DNA from: Mobula hypostoma
Lineage: Eukaryota
Direction of reading: 5' to 3'
Length of the DNA stretch: 64,000 nucleotides
Assembly: GCF_963921235.1 (NCBI RefSeq)
Contig: NC_086097.1
Coordinates: 215,328,001-215,392,000 of the forward strand
Part shown: piece after piece, positions 39,022 through 50,394 of the stretch
How positions within the stretch are numbered: the stretch's first letter is position 1
Layout: every line of letters begins with the position of its first letter
Position numbers and translations under genes: made by a program
The notes under the pieces: model-generated
What the model was told of the DNA's origin: nothing
What the model saw: the letters and a program-made list of their open reading frames with translations, nothing else
Database searches by the model: none

Positions 39022-39659
39022 TATGAAACATCCGTTTCCTTGGCTGTGTAGGCTTAGGGAAGACAACCTCTGGCCCGCCAAACTTGTGAGGTTGAGGCGT
39101 GCTCAATGCCACCCCAAACCCCGGTTTGTGTGGATGCTGTGTCATTGGTATCTTGTTACAAATTAATAACAGACAGTCCACTGCATTATTAGTAAAGGAA
39201 TTATATTTATGAATCTTAACTAAAGGGTTAGTAAAGAATAACAAAAAGAAAAAGGCCCATTCTAATTAAACAGTCAAATGTGCACAGCAGCTCATGTAGA
39301 ACTTCTCTGTCGCACATCCGCTGGGCCCTCATTCAACGTGAAAGCACACACACTTTCCAAACATCGCTCATCTCGAACAAACGGGTTTCCCACCAGGTCA
39401 TATGCTATGACCAGTTCTCCCCGGCGTCTTCTCTCTTCATCTCCTCTCGAACAAAAGTCCCAAACCCAACCTTAGTGCCCCTCACCAGAGAAACCACCCC
39501 TTAATCCAACCATCCTAATTGGATGGCACACATTTCTCCTCATCTCTTATCTTCAACAGTAACCTAAACAAGCATGAAAACAGAACAGACTGCTCTTAAA
39601 GAACTGCCAAAATGAAATACATACAGCATTACAGTAAAAACATGACCCAGGGCATTACA
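39022..39659 (-). mobile_element. Probable solo LTR (~640 bp)
   Basis: Minus strand begins TGTAATGCCC; the other end is degenerate (..TTTCATA); TGTA/TATA flanks; composition differs from the AT-rich neighbours. Confidence 0.5.
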
Positions 39660-39854
39660 TATAAAAATATAGCATCACTCTATAGATAAATCCCAGAATC
39701 ATACATGTTCTTGTAACCTCTGTATCAAAGTGTCCTATCACCCTTAAAATTACACAAAGAACCTCCATTTTATTGTTTGTGCAACTGTTTTAATTTTTCT
39801 TCTGCCTCAATATATCAGTTCACATTTCCCAGCATATTCCTGCCCATATCAAGA

Positions 39855-41830
39855 TTCAAAGTTCAAAGTAAATTTATTATCAAAGTACATAGAATTTTAT
39901 GAAAAAATATACATAAACAGAAAAAAATAGATTGACAAATAACCAATGTGCAAAAGAAGACAAACAGTGTAGATTATAGAATTTGTTTGGAGTAGCGGCA
40001 ATTGAAGTTAACCACACCGGTTCAGGAGCCTGAGGGGTAATAGCTGCCCCTGAACCTGGTGTTGTGGGACCTAGTGCTTCTGTACCTCCTGCCTGATGGT
40101 AGTAGTGAGAGGGGGGCATGGCTTGGATGGTGAGGGTATTGATGATAGATGCCATTATTCTTGCGGTAGCATTCCTTGTAAATGTGCTCAGTGGGGTTGC
40201 AGGGGAAGTGGGGAGGCCTGCGATCGACTGGGCTGTATCCATCACTTTCTGCAGACTTTTACATTCCTGGGCATTGGTGTTTCCAGACCAGAACGTGATG
40301 CAGCCAGTTAGGATTCTCCGCACTGTGCATCTATTGAAGTTTGTCAAAGGTTTTACTGACATGCCAAATCAACACAAACTTCTAAGAAAGTAAAGGCACT
40401 GTTGTGCCTTCTTTGTAATGATACTTCCGGCACTGGTCCCAGGTCAGATCTTTTGATATACTGCCGGCAAGGAATTTAAAGCTACTGACCATCTCCACCT
40501 CCATTCCCCTAATGAGCACTGGCTGATGGACCCCTGGCTTCTTCATCCTGTAGTGGATAATCAGCTCTTTGGTTTTGAACACAGCAGGCCAGGCAGCATC
40601 TCTAGGAAGAGGTATAGTCGACGTTTTGGGCCAAGACCCTTCGTCAGGACTAACTGAAGGAAGAGTTAGTAAGAGATTTGAAAGTGCGAGGGGGAGGGGG
40701 AGGGGAAGGAGGAGATCCAAACTGATAGGAGAAGACAGGAGGGGGAGGGATGGAGCCAAGAGCTGGACAGGTGATTGGCAAAAGGGATATGAGAGGATCA
40801 TGGGATCATGGAGGCCCAGGGAGAAAGAACGGGGGGGGGGACCCAGAGGATGGGCAATGGGTATAGTGAGAGGGACAGAGGGAGAAAAAGGAGAGAGAGA
40901 AAAAGAATGTGTGTATATAAATAAATAACGGATGGGGTACGAGGGGTGGTGGGGCATTAACGGAAGTTTGAGAAGTCGATGTTCATGCCATCAGGTTGGA
41001 GGCTACCCAGATGGAATATAAGGTGTTGTTCCTCCAACCTGAGTGTGGCTTCATCTTTACCGTAGAGAAGGCCGTGGATAGACATATCAGACTGATCAAA
41101 TTCTTGAAGCATTTCACCACAGTGGGTGTAAGTGCTTCTGGATGATGGTTATTGAAGCAGGTTACCACATTCTTCTTGGTCACAAGTATGATTGAAGCCT
41201 CCTTGAAGCAGGTAGCTACCTCAGAGAGCTGAAGTGAGAAGTTGAAGATGTTTGTAAATCGCAGCCATCGCATTAACACAGATCATCAATACTTTGCTAA
41301 TTCTGCCATGTAGGCCAAATGCCTTCCATAGATTCACATTCCTGTCAGCCTCAGAGACTGAAATCACAGGGTCATTGGGGGCTCTAGGAGTTCATGAAAG
41401 TGCCTCCATGGTCAAAGCAAGCATACAAACCATTGAGCTCCTCCGGGAGCAAAATCTCACTGCCATTTATAGAGTCAAAGAGTCATAGAGCACTACAGCA
41501 CAGAAACAGGTCCTTTGGCCTGTCTCGTCCTTTTATGGCATATCATTGCCATTCATGCTGCTTGGTTTTGCTTTGTAGGACGTGATGGTATTCAAGCCCT
41601 GCCACAGCTATTGAGCATACCCCTGTGATTCAAGTTTTGTCTGGAATTGCCACTGTGCACATGAGATGGCCTTCTGGAGATCATACCTGGGCCTGTTGTA
41701 CTTTTCATACCACCAGTTATAAATGCCACTGATCTAGCCCTCAGCAGGTTGTGAAATGCTTGATTCACCCAGGCTTCTGGCTAGGGAAGACTCTGAATTG
41801 TTTTCTGGGGATATTCTCATCCACCCGTGC
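39855..41830 (-). mobile_element. Rex1/Babar-type LINE, interrupted by a Penelope fragment
   Basis: CFKEASII...ALTPTVVKCF (41100-41250), KTKELIIHYR...SSFKFL (40450-40577), ILTGCITFW; (CTTTGAA)n tail at about 39855. Confidence 0.88.
40578..41088 (-). mobile_element. Penelope-like element 3' fragment (GIY-YIG C-terminus and hammerhead-bearing terminal region)
   Basis: Minus strand ~41055-40957 reads EATLRLEEQHLIFHLGSLQPDGMNIDFSNFR*, a typical PLE GIY-YIG end. It is followed by a pyrimidine-rich UTR and the hammerhead motif at 40615-40652. Confidence 0.85.
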
Positions 41831-41867
41831 CTCTATAAATTTACACTGGCCTACAAATTTTCAAAGT

Positions 41868-43506
41868 TCACCAATGAGAGGGAACTTGATGATGGTGAGG
41901 ATAATATGAGTGAGATTGATGTTCTGGACCATGTTGATATTAAGGGAGAGGAGGTGTTGGAGTTGTTAAAATACATTAGGACGGATAAGTCCCTGGGGCC
42001 TGACGGAATATTCCCCAGTCTGCTCCACGAGGTGAGGGAAGAGATTGCCGAGCCTCTGGCTAGGATCTTTATGTCCTCGTTGTCTACAGGAATGGTACCG
42101 GAGGACTGGAGGGAGGCGAATGTTGTTCCCTTGTTCAAAAAAGGTAGTAGGGATAGTCCGGGTAATTATAGACCAGTGAGACTTACGTCTGTGGTGGGAA
42201 AGCTGTTGGAAAAGATTCTTAGAGATAGGATCTATGGGCATTTAGAGAATCATGGTCTGATCAGGGACAGTCAGCATGGCTTTGTGAAGGGCAGATCATG
42301 TCTAACAAGCCTGATAGAGTTCTTTGAGGAGGTGACCAGGCATATAGATGAGGGTAGTGCAGTGGATGTGATCTATATGGATTTTAGTAAGGCATTTGAC
42401 AAGGTTCCACACGGTAGGCTTATTCAGAAAGTCAGAAGGCATGGGATCCAGGGAAGTTTGGCCAGGTGGATTCAGAATTGGCTTGCCTGCAGAAGGCAGA
42501 GGGTGGTGGTGGAGGGAGTACATTCAGATTGGAGGGTTGTGACTAGTGGTGTCCCACAAGGATCTGTTCTGGGACATCTATTTTTCATGATTTTTATTAA
42601 CGACCTGGATGTGGGGGTAGAAGGGTGGGTTGGCAAGTTTGCAGACGACACAAAGGTTGGTGGTGTTGTAGATAGTGTAGAGGATTGTCGAAGATTGCAG
42701 AGAGACATTGATAGGATGCAGAAGTGGGCTGAGAAGTGGCAGATGGAGTTCAACCTGGAGAAGTGTGAGGTGGTACACTTTGGAAGTACAAACTCCAAGG
42801 CAGAGTACAAAGTAAATGGCAGGATACCTGGTAGTGTGGAGGAGCAGAGGGATCTGGGGGTGCATGTTCACAGCTCTCTGAAAGTTGCCTCACAGGTAGA
42901 TAGGGTAGTTATGAAAGCTTATGGGGTGTTAGTTTTCATAAGTCGAGGGATAGCATTTAAGAGTCACGAAGTAATGATGCAGCTCTATAAAACTCTGGTT
43001 TGGCCACACTTGGAGTATTGTGTCCAGTTCTGTTCGTCTCACTATAGGAAGGATGTGGAAGCATTGGAAAGGGTACAGAGGAGATTTACCAGGATGCTGC
43101 CTGGTTTAGAGGTCAAGGGAGTTAGGGCTTTACTCTTTGGAGAAAAGGAGGTTGAGATGAGACATGATAGAGGTGTACAAGATAATAAGAGGAATAGAGT
43201 GGATAGCCAGCGCCTCTTCCCCAGGGCACCACTGCTCAATATAAGAGGACATGGCTTTAAGGTAAGGGGTGGGAAGTTCAAGGGGGATATTAGAGGAAAG
43301 TTTTTTACTCAGAGAGTGGTTGGTGCGTGGATTACACTGCCTGAGTCAGTGGTGGAGGCAGATACACTAGTGAAGTTTAAGAGACTACTAGACAGGTATA
43401 TGGAGGAATTTAAGGTGGGGAGTTATATGGGAGGCAGGGTTTGAGGGTCGGCACAACATTGTTGGCCGAAGGGCCTGTACTGTGCTGTACTATTCTATGT
43501 TCTATG
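41868..43506 (+). mobile_element. 5'-truncated CR1 with uninterrupted RT frame and 8-bp TSD
   Basis: TTCAAAGT at 41860-41867 and 43507-43514. ORF 41756-43444 contains NYRPV, QHGF, DFSKAFD, GVPQGS and FADD; (TTCTATG)2 tail. Confidence 0.97.
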
Positions 43507-43814
43507 TTCAAAGTAAATGTATTATCTGTCTATTTATTAATTATTTAACTATGCCCTGCTGCCAACTATTACAATTTCCTTCTCGTTACTGGAGTCAGTT
43601 CACATCTGTCCTACCGCCATTACAAAAGAATCAATAAAAATGCCGTCTAAGGCACATAGAAATATTCAAAGAAAGTTTTAAAAACACACAAAAATACTTG
43701 AACATTTAAATAATCTCAATTAAAGCAAATTAAATCAACTAACCTTATTTCTTAGTCCATCAGAGCTATTACCCTGATAGAATTTATTCTGCTTGGGACA
43801 GTTTTGTGGTGCAG

Positions 43815-44015
43815 ACAATCCTCTGCACCATTTACTTAATGAACTGCCTGCACTGCACATCCACTGCAACTGGAACACTATATTCTGCATTCTGTAATCG
43901 TTTTTCATTGTGTACTATCTTGATGTACTTTTATTTGGAGTGATATGATTGAAAGGCATGCAAAACAAAGGTGTTCACCGATCTCGGTTCAATTGACAAT
44001 AATAAACCAATTACC
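43815..44015 (+). mobile_element. LINE 3' UTR fragment
   Basis: Ends GACAATAATAAACCAATTACCA, resembling Rex1/L2-type tails. Confidence 0.4.
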
Positions 44016-44249
44016 ACTTTTGAACCATGACAGACTGAAGGTGACATAACAAATTAATGTTTGTTATGATTATGATTTTTAAAAAACTGGCTAGCATGCC
44101 AGTTTTCTTTGTCTTCTGTGTGGCTCAGTGGTAGCATTCTCAGCTCTGAATCTATGGATCATAGAATCAAGGCTCTTAAAGAATCCTGATATCTTAATCC
44201 GGGCTGAAACATTAGTGCAATTAAAGATTGTGGAAATTAGGAGGTAACA

Positions 44250-44642
44250 TCTAAGACGTCTTCAAGGAGGCGTGCCTCAGAAAGGCAGCATCCATTATTA
44301 AGGATCCCCATCATTTAGGACATACCTCCTTCTCATTGTTACCATCAGGAAATGGGTGCAGAAGCCTGAAGGCACACACTCAGTGATTCAGGAACAGCTT
44401 CTTCCCCTCTGCCATCTGATCTCTGAATGGACATTGAATCCATGAACTCTACCTCACTACTTTTGGTAATTCTGATTTTGTATGACAATTTAAAATTTTA
44501 TTTAATATACATATATGTACTTATTGCATTCATTTATTTATTCTTTTACCGAGATTGACTGGGTATTGCATTGTACTGCTGCCACTATGTTAACAAATTT
44601 ACCGAAATATGTTGGAGATATTAAAGCTGATTCTGATTCTGA
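44250..44642 (+). mobile_element. Rex1-type LINE 3' end
   Basis: Matches 56890-57305 (CTCAGAAAGGCAGCATCCATTATTAA...); (ATTCTG)n tail. Confidence 0.9.
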
Positions 44643-45152
44643 ATAGTTGGCATGAAAATCAGGAGAAAAGCAGACAAATGCAAGCAAATAGCTGTCCTCT
44701 GGAGTACTGGGTAGAATATCTACTTACTTCACTTCCAACGATGGTAAAGATGATAAGAGAAAACTTAGTTGTAAGCAGTGGGCCGTTGGTTTAGAACATT
44801 TGTCAGGTAATGTTTGGCACAATCTGTGTGCCCATTGATGAGTTTGTGAACAGGGCCTTTAAACAGTTGTTAAGCTCTTCATTAATATGTACAAGATTGT
44901 GCATGTGCAGGCTTGCCAAAGGCTGATATGATATTCAATGCATTTGAATTTGAGATGTGTAATAATAAAAACTGATTACACTTAGTCCAATTTTAAACCT
45001 CAGAATAGGTAAAAGGTCAGATTAATGATAATATATCAGTCATTTTTAGTACATCACAGTATAAATTGGCTTTAGTTGCTTCAAAAGAGTTTCTTTGGCC
45101 TGGAAGCGTTTGAGACACCCCAAAACTCTGAAGTGTGCCATATAAATGCGAG

Positions 45153-47865
45153 CATCGGGACTGGTAGGGAGCAGAATCCAGAATAAGAAGGTTGGGGCAA
45201 GGGGAAGGAATGGAAGCTGGCAGGTGATCGGTGAGAGCAGGTGAGGAGGAAAGTGGGGCGAGTGGGAGGAATGGAAGCTGGCAGGTGATCAGTGAGAGCA
45301 GGTGAGGAGGAAAGTGGGGGGAGGGGGAGGAATGGAAGCTGGCAGTTGATCGGTGAGAGCAGGTGAGGAAGAAAGTGGGGGGAGGGGAAGGAATGCAAGC
45401 TGGCAGGTGATCGGTGACAACAGGTGAGGAGGAAAGTGGGGGAAGGAATGCAAGCTGGCAGGTGATCGGTGAGAGCAGGTGAGGAGGAAAGTGGGGGAAG
45501 GAATGGAAGCTGGCAGGTGATCAGTGAGAGGAGGTGAGGAGGAAAGTGGGGGAGAGGGGAAGGAATGGAAGCTGGCAGGTGATCGGTGAGAGCAGGTGAG
45601 GAGGAAAGTGGGGGAAGGAATGGAAGCTGGCAGGTGATCGGTGAGAGCAGGTGAGGAGGAAAGTGGGGAGAGGGGTAAGGAATGGAAGCTGACAGGTGAT
45701 CGGTGAGAGCAGGTGAGGAGGAAAATGGGGGAAGGGGGAGGAATGGAAGCTGGCAGGTGATCGGTGAGAGCAGGTGAGGAGAAAAGTGGGGGAAGGAATG
45801 GAAGCTGGCAGGTGGTCGGTGAGAGCAGGTGAGGAGGAAAGTGGGGGAAGGGGAAGGAATGGAAGCTGGCAGGTGATCGGTGAGAGCAGGTGAGGAGGAA
45901 AGTGGGGGAAGGAATGGAAGCTGGCAGGTGGTCGGTGAGAGCAGGTGAGGAGGAAAGTGGGGGGAGGGGAAGGAATGGAAGCTGGCAGGTGATCGGTGAG
46001 AGCAGGTGAGGAGGAAAGTGGGGGGAGGAATGGAAGCTGGCAGGTGATCGGTGAGAGCAGGTGAGGAGGAGAGTGGGGGGAGGGGGAGGAATGGAAGATG
46101 GCAGGTGAACGGTGAGAGCAGGTGAGGAGGAAAGTGGAGGGAGGGGGAGGAATGGAAGCTGGCAGGTGATCGGTGAGAGCAGGTGAGGAGGAAAGTGGGG
46201 GAAGGAATGGAAGCTGGCAGGTGGTCGGTGAGAGCAGGTGAGGAGGAAAGTGGGGGGACGGGAAGGAATGGAAGCTGGCAGGTGATCGGTGAGAGCAGGT
46301 GAGGAGGAAAGTGGGGGGAGGAATGGAAGCTGGCAGGTGATCGGTGAGAGCAGGTGAGGAGGAGAGTGGGGGGAGGGGGAGGAATGGAAGATGGCAGGTG
46401 AACGGTGAGAGCAGGTGAGGAGGAAAGTGGAGGGAGGGGGAGGAATGGAAGCTGGCAGGTGATCGGTGAGAGCAGGTGAGGAGGAAAGTGGGGGGAGGTG
46501 AAGGAATGCAAGCTGGCAGGTGATCGGTGAGAGCAGGTGAGGAGGAAAGTAGAGGGAGGGGAAGGAATGGAAGCAGGCAGAGATCGGTGAGAGCAGGTGA
46601 GGAGGAAAGTGGGGGGAGGTGAAGGAATGCAAGCTGGCAGGTGATCGGTGAGAGCAGGTGAGGAGGAAAGTGGGGGGAGGGGAAGGAATGGAAGCTGGCA
46701 GGTGATCGGTGAGAGCAGGTGAGGAGGAAAGTGGGGGGAGGAAAGGAATGGAAGCAGGCAGGTGATCGGTGAGAGCAGGTGAGGAGGAAAGTGGGGGGAG
46801 GGGAAGGAATGGAAGCTGGCAGGTGATCGGTGACAGCAGGTGAGGAGGAAAGTGGGGGGAGGGGAAGGAATGGAAGCTGGCAGGTGATCGGTGAGAGCAG
46901 GTGAGGAGCAAAGTGGGGGGAGTGGGAGGAATGGAAGCTGGCAGGTGATCGGTGAGAGCAGGTGAGGAGGAAAGTAGGGGGAGGGGGAGGAATGGAAGCT
47001 GGCAGGTGATCGGTGAGAGCAGGTGAGGAGGAAAGTGGGGGGAGGAATGGAAGCTGGCAGGTGATCGGTGAGAGCAGGTGAGGAGGAAAGTGCGGGGAGG
47101 AGAAGGAATGGAAGCTGGCTGGTGATCGGTGAGAGCAGGTGAGGATGTAAGTCGGGGGAGGAATGGAAGCTGGCGGGTGATCGGTGAGAGCAGGTGAGGA
47201 GGAAAGTGGGGAGGAGGGGAAGGAATGGAAGCTGGCAGGTGATCGGTGAGAGCAGGTGAGGAGGAAATTGGGGGGAGGGGAAGGAATAGAAGCTGGCAGG
47301 TGATCAGTGAGAGCAGGTGAGGAGGAAAGTGGGGGGACGGGAAGGAATGGAAGCTGGCAGGTGATCGGTGAGAGCAGGTGAGGAGGAAAGTGCGGGGAGG
47401 GGGAAGGAATGGAAGCTGGCAGGTGATCGGTGAGAGCAGGTGAAGAGGAAAATGGGGAGGGGGGAGGAATGGAAGCTGGCAGGTGATCAGTGAGAGCAGG
47501 TGAGGAGGAAAGTGGGGGGAGGAATGGAAGCTGGCAGGTGATCAGTGAGAGCAGGTGAGGAGGAAAGTCGGGGGAGGAATGGAAGCTGGCAGGTGATCGG
47601 TGAGAGCAGGTGAGGAGGAAAGTGGGGGGAGGGGGAAGGAGCATGAGGGAAGAAGCTGGGCGGTGATACTGCAGGTGGGAGGGTAACAAGCTCTGAAAGA
47701 AGGAATCTAATATGTGGTGGAGGTAAGGCAACGAGGAGGGGACCCAGAGGTAGGTGAGGAGAAGGGAAAGAGGTGAGAGGAGAACCAGAATGGGGACTGT
47801 AAAAGGGAGAAGGGGCAGGGGGAGAAATAATGGAAGTAACAGAATTCAATATTCATGCCATCAGG
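45153..47865 (-). mobile_element. Penelope-like terminal region hosting the minisatellite
   Basis: Left flank CATCGGGACT resembles CGTCAGGACT at 40642-40651. Right flank GGAAGT...TTCATGCCATCAGG (47832-47865) matches 40961-40995. Confidence 0.75.
45207..47640. repeat. G/A-rich minisatellite, ~55/61-bp unit, about 41 copies
   Basis: Unit GGAATGGAAGCTGGCAGGTGATCGGTGAGAGCAGGTGAGGAGGAAAGTGGGGG(GAGGGG)AA; copy number estimated from array length. Confidence 0.99.
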
Positions 47866-48679
47866 CAAGAGGCAATGATGATACAAATATTGAACTCATT
47901 TCAATTTCAGATGTGAAACAGCCTAACAAGTGTAAATTGTTAGATAAATTTTCCTGAAAATAAGCTATCAAACTTTACTTTTTCCATGCAGCATTCTGGT
48001 TCTCATATAGATTGCTTCCAAACAGTCAAAACCACAAGCGTGTTGATATGGTGAGGGTTGTATGATGCAGTGGAAGTTTGCTAAAAAATTATTCAGAAAC
48101 TGTGAAGAAATTCAACCCTATGACTAAGAGCAAGAGAAGATCACAGATTGGTAAGTTATATTAAGGAGTAGATGTATATTGTTCATTAATCAGTTGGAGA
48201 AATGGATTTTACAACAACAGAACCAACCACCGGTCAGCTTGATGCATGACTGAATAAACTAGGCCAATGGATGTGGGAACTGGAAATGATAATTAAGGGT
48301 TTTGCCACTGCCGTCAAATAAACTTAAGATACAACTCAGCAGAGGGCATTGATCCAGTTCAAAGTGTGATGCTGTAAGATCTGATTAATTATAGGGTTGC
48401 TAGGCCTTTGACCTTTAGGCCAACTCGGAACTGACAAACAAAACACAAAATCTTTACTGAATTCAGTGTAGCTGAGCTTTTCAATCCACGAACAAAATCT
48501 GGTTGCCTCCAATTTCTATTAAAGGGTCTTCGCCCATCAGAACAATGACATATGATAAAAAGGTTGATTTTCTTTTATTCATTCACATTGTGCACATATA
48601 TTGTTGATGGTTATTCATCTTCATAACTTCCTCTGTATATTGAATTGAATTGAGTTTATTTAAATCTTACATCCTCTTC

Positions 48680-49185
48680 TTGGCAGCAGCTTGGGTTCAA
48701 AGATGACTTGGTTCTGCTCCCATTTCAGGGGTTCTGAGGAGAATAATGAGTCCAGTATGGGAATATGGACTTTTGCAAATGAGGCGAGAGGTGTCTGGGT
48801 GGTTTACAAGCAAGTGGGCTCCTATTACTAATGTGGGTCTTCAGTGTACTCCTGACACATGACCTTGAAGTGTTTAATACTACCCCAACTTTTCTCCAGG
48901 GTTCAGGTAAACGGAAGTGATGTTGCACTTCTTCAAGAAAGCTTTGAATCTTTATCTCTGTCCACATGATAATTTCCTACCATAACAAAGTTCAGAATAT
49001 CTGTTTATTCTCAAGTTTGGTGCTGGGAATGTAAACAACATGGCCTGCCTAATGTAGGTGCCTAGGGGTAATGAGGGCCTCAGTACTGGAGATGTTGGCC
49101 TGGGAGACGATACTGGCATTAGTTTGCTTATCCTTCTGTAAACTTGCAGAATTTTGAAGAGGCAGCATTGGGGGCATTTTTCTGT
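48680..49185 (-). mobile_element. RTE LINE 3' fragment
   Basis: Minus strand reads, with frameshifts, CLFKILQ...DKQTNASIVSQANISSTEALITPRHLH*AGHVV, matching the RTE C-terminal (L.W.GHV) region. Confidence 0.75.
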
Positions 49186-49259
49186 TGATTAAGAAGCTTG
49201 TTTGCAGTCCAGGTATCCAAATTATATCAGAAAGCAGGGATCAGTGCCGGCCGTTAGAT

Positions 49260-50015
49260 CGTAAGACCATAAGACGTAGGAGCAAAATTAGGCCATTTGG
49301 CCCATCAAGTGTGCTCTGCCACTCAATCATGGCTGATCCTTTTCTCCCCCTCCTCAACCCCATTCCCCAGCCTCTCCCATTAACCTTTGATGCCACGTCC
49401 AATCAAGAACCTATCAAGCTCTGCCTTAAATACACCCAACAACCTAAACTCCACAGCTGCCTGTGATAATAAATTCCACAAGTTCACCACCCTCTGGCTA
49501 AAGAAATGTCTCCACATCTCTGTTTTAAATGGAAACCCCTCTATCCTGAGGCTCTGCCCTCTTGCCCTACAATCCTCCACCGTAGAAACATCGTTTCCAC
49601 ATCTACTGTGTCTAGGCTTTCAGCATTCAAAAGATTGCAATAAATTTCCCCCCCCCATACTTCTAATTTTCAGCAAGTACAGACCCAGAGCCATCAAATG
49701 TTCCTCATATGATAACCCGTTCATTCCCGGAATCTTCTTTGTGAACTTCCTCTGAACCCTCTCCAATGCCAGCACATCCTTTCTTAGTTAAGGAACCATA
49801 AAACTGTTCACAACACTCAAGGTGAGGCCTCACCAGTGTCTTATAAAGCCTCAGCATCACACCCTGCTCTTCTATTCAAACCCTCTTAAAATGAATGCTA
49901 ACATTGCATTTGCCTTCCTCACCTCCAGCTCAACCTGCAAGTTAACCTTCAGGGTGTTCTGCACAAGGACTCGCAAGTCCCTTTGATTCTCAGGTTTTTG
50001 GATTTTTTTCCCCAA
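49260..50015 (-). mobile_element. CR1 3' fragment
   Basis: Highly similar to 2150-2890 (RARGQSLRIEGFPFKTEMWRHFFSQRVVNLWN). Confidence 0.95.
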
Positions 50016-50394
50016 ATCGTGTGCCAGGCGAGATTAGATCAGAACCCTTTCCTCAATTGGCCAAAGGCTGGACAGGCACTCTGACTTTCAACATCAATAT
50101 CCACCTTTGCTGAGACTAACACCTGGAAAATGCATAAAAGTTACTTTATTTCCAGGGATTGCTGGTGAACCTTTATTGTGCTGCAGCAGAAAAGGCTTGG
50201 TAAAGGATTTTGTCTTGTTAATGTTGAATCCGGGGACCATCATTCATATGCGTAGATGATGTCTTGGAACTCAAGCTCCTAGCATGCAGAAGCACATTTA
50301 TTGTCTGCTTTCTGCAGCTGATGACAAAGGGGACAGACAAGGTGATATAGCATGTATGATAGTCACACAGTCCCATGTCACACATCATGTCTTC

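Noticed and set aside
40382..40957. 191-aa ORF
   Set aside because: Chance read-through of a low-complexity PLE UTR into Rex1 sequence.
44118..44230. Possible tRNA-derived SINE head (TGGCTCAGTGG), with a possible tail at 45085-45152
   Set aside because: Only an A-box and a short tail resemblance; boundaries cannot be supported.
45207..47640. CRISPR-like look (constant block plus short variable part)
   Set aside because: The variable part is only a G/A run length variant, not unique spacers; vertebrate context and no cas genes.
45081..47731. Three long Pro/Ser/Leu/His-rich ORFs (476-736 aa)
   Set aside because: They are translations of the pyrimidine strand of the minisatellite; long ORFs occur in multiple frames because the unit lacks stops.
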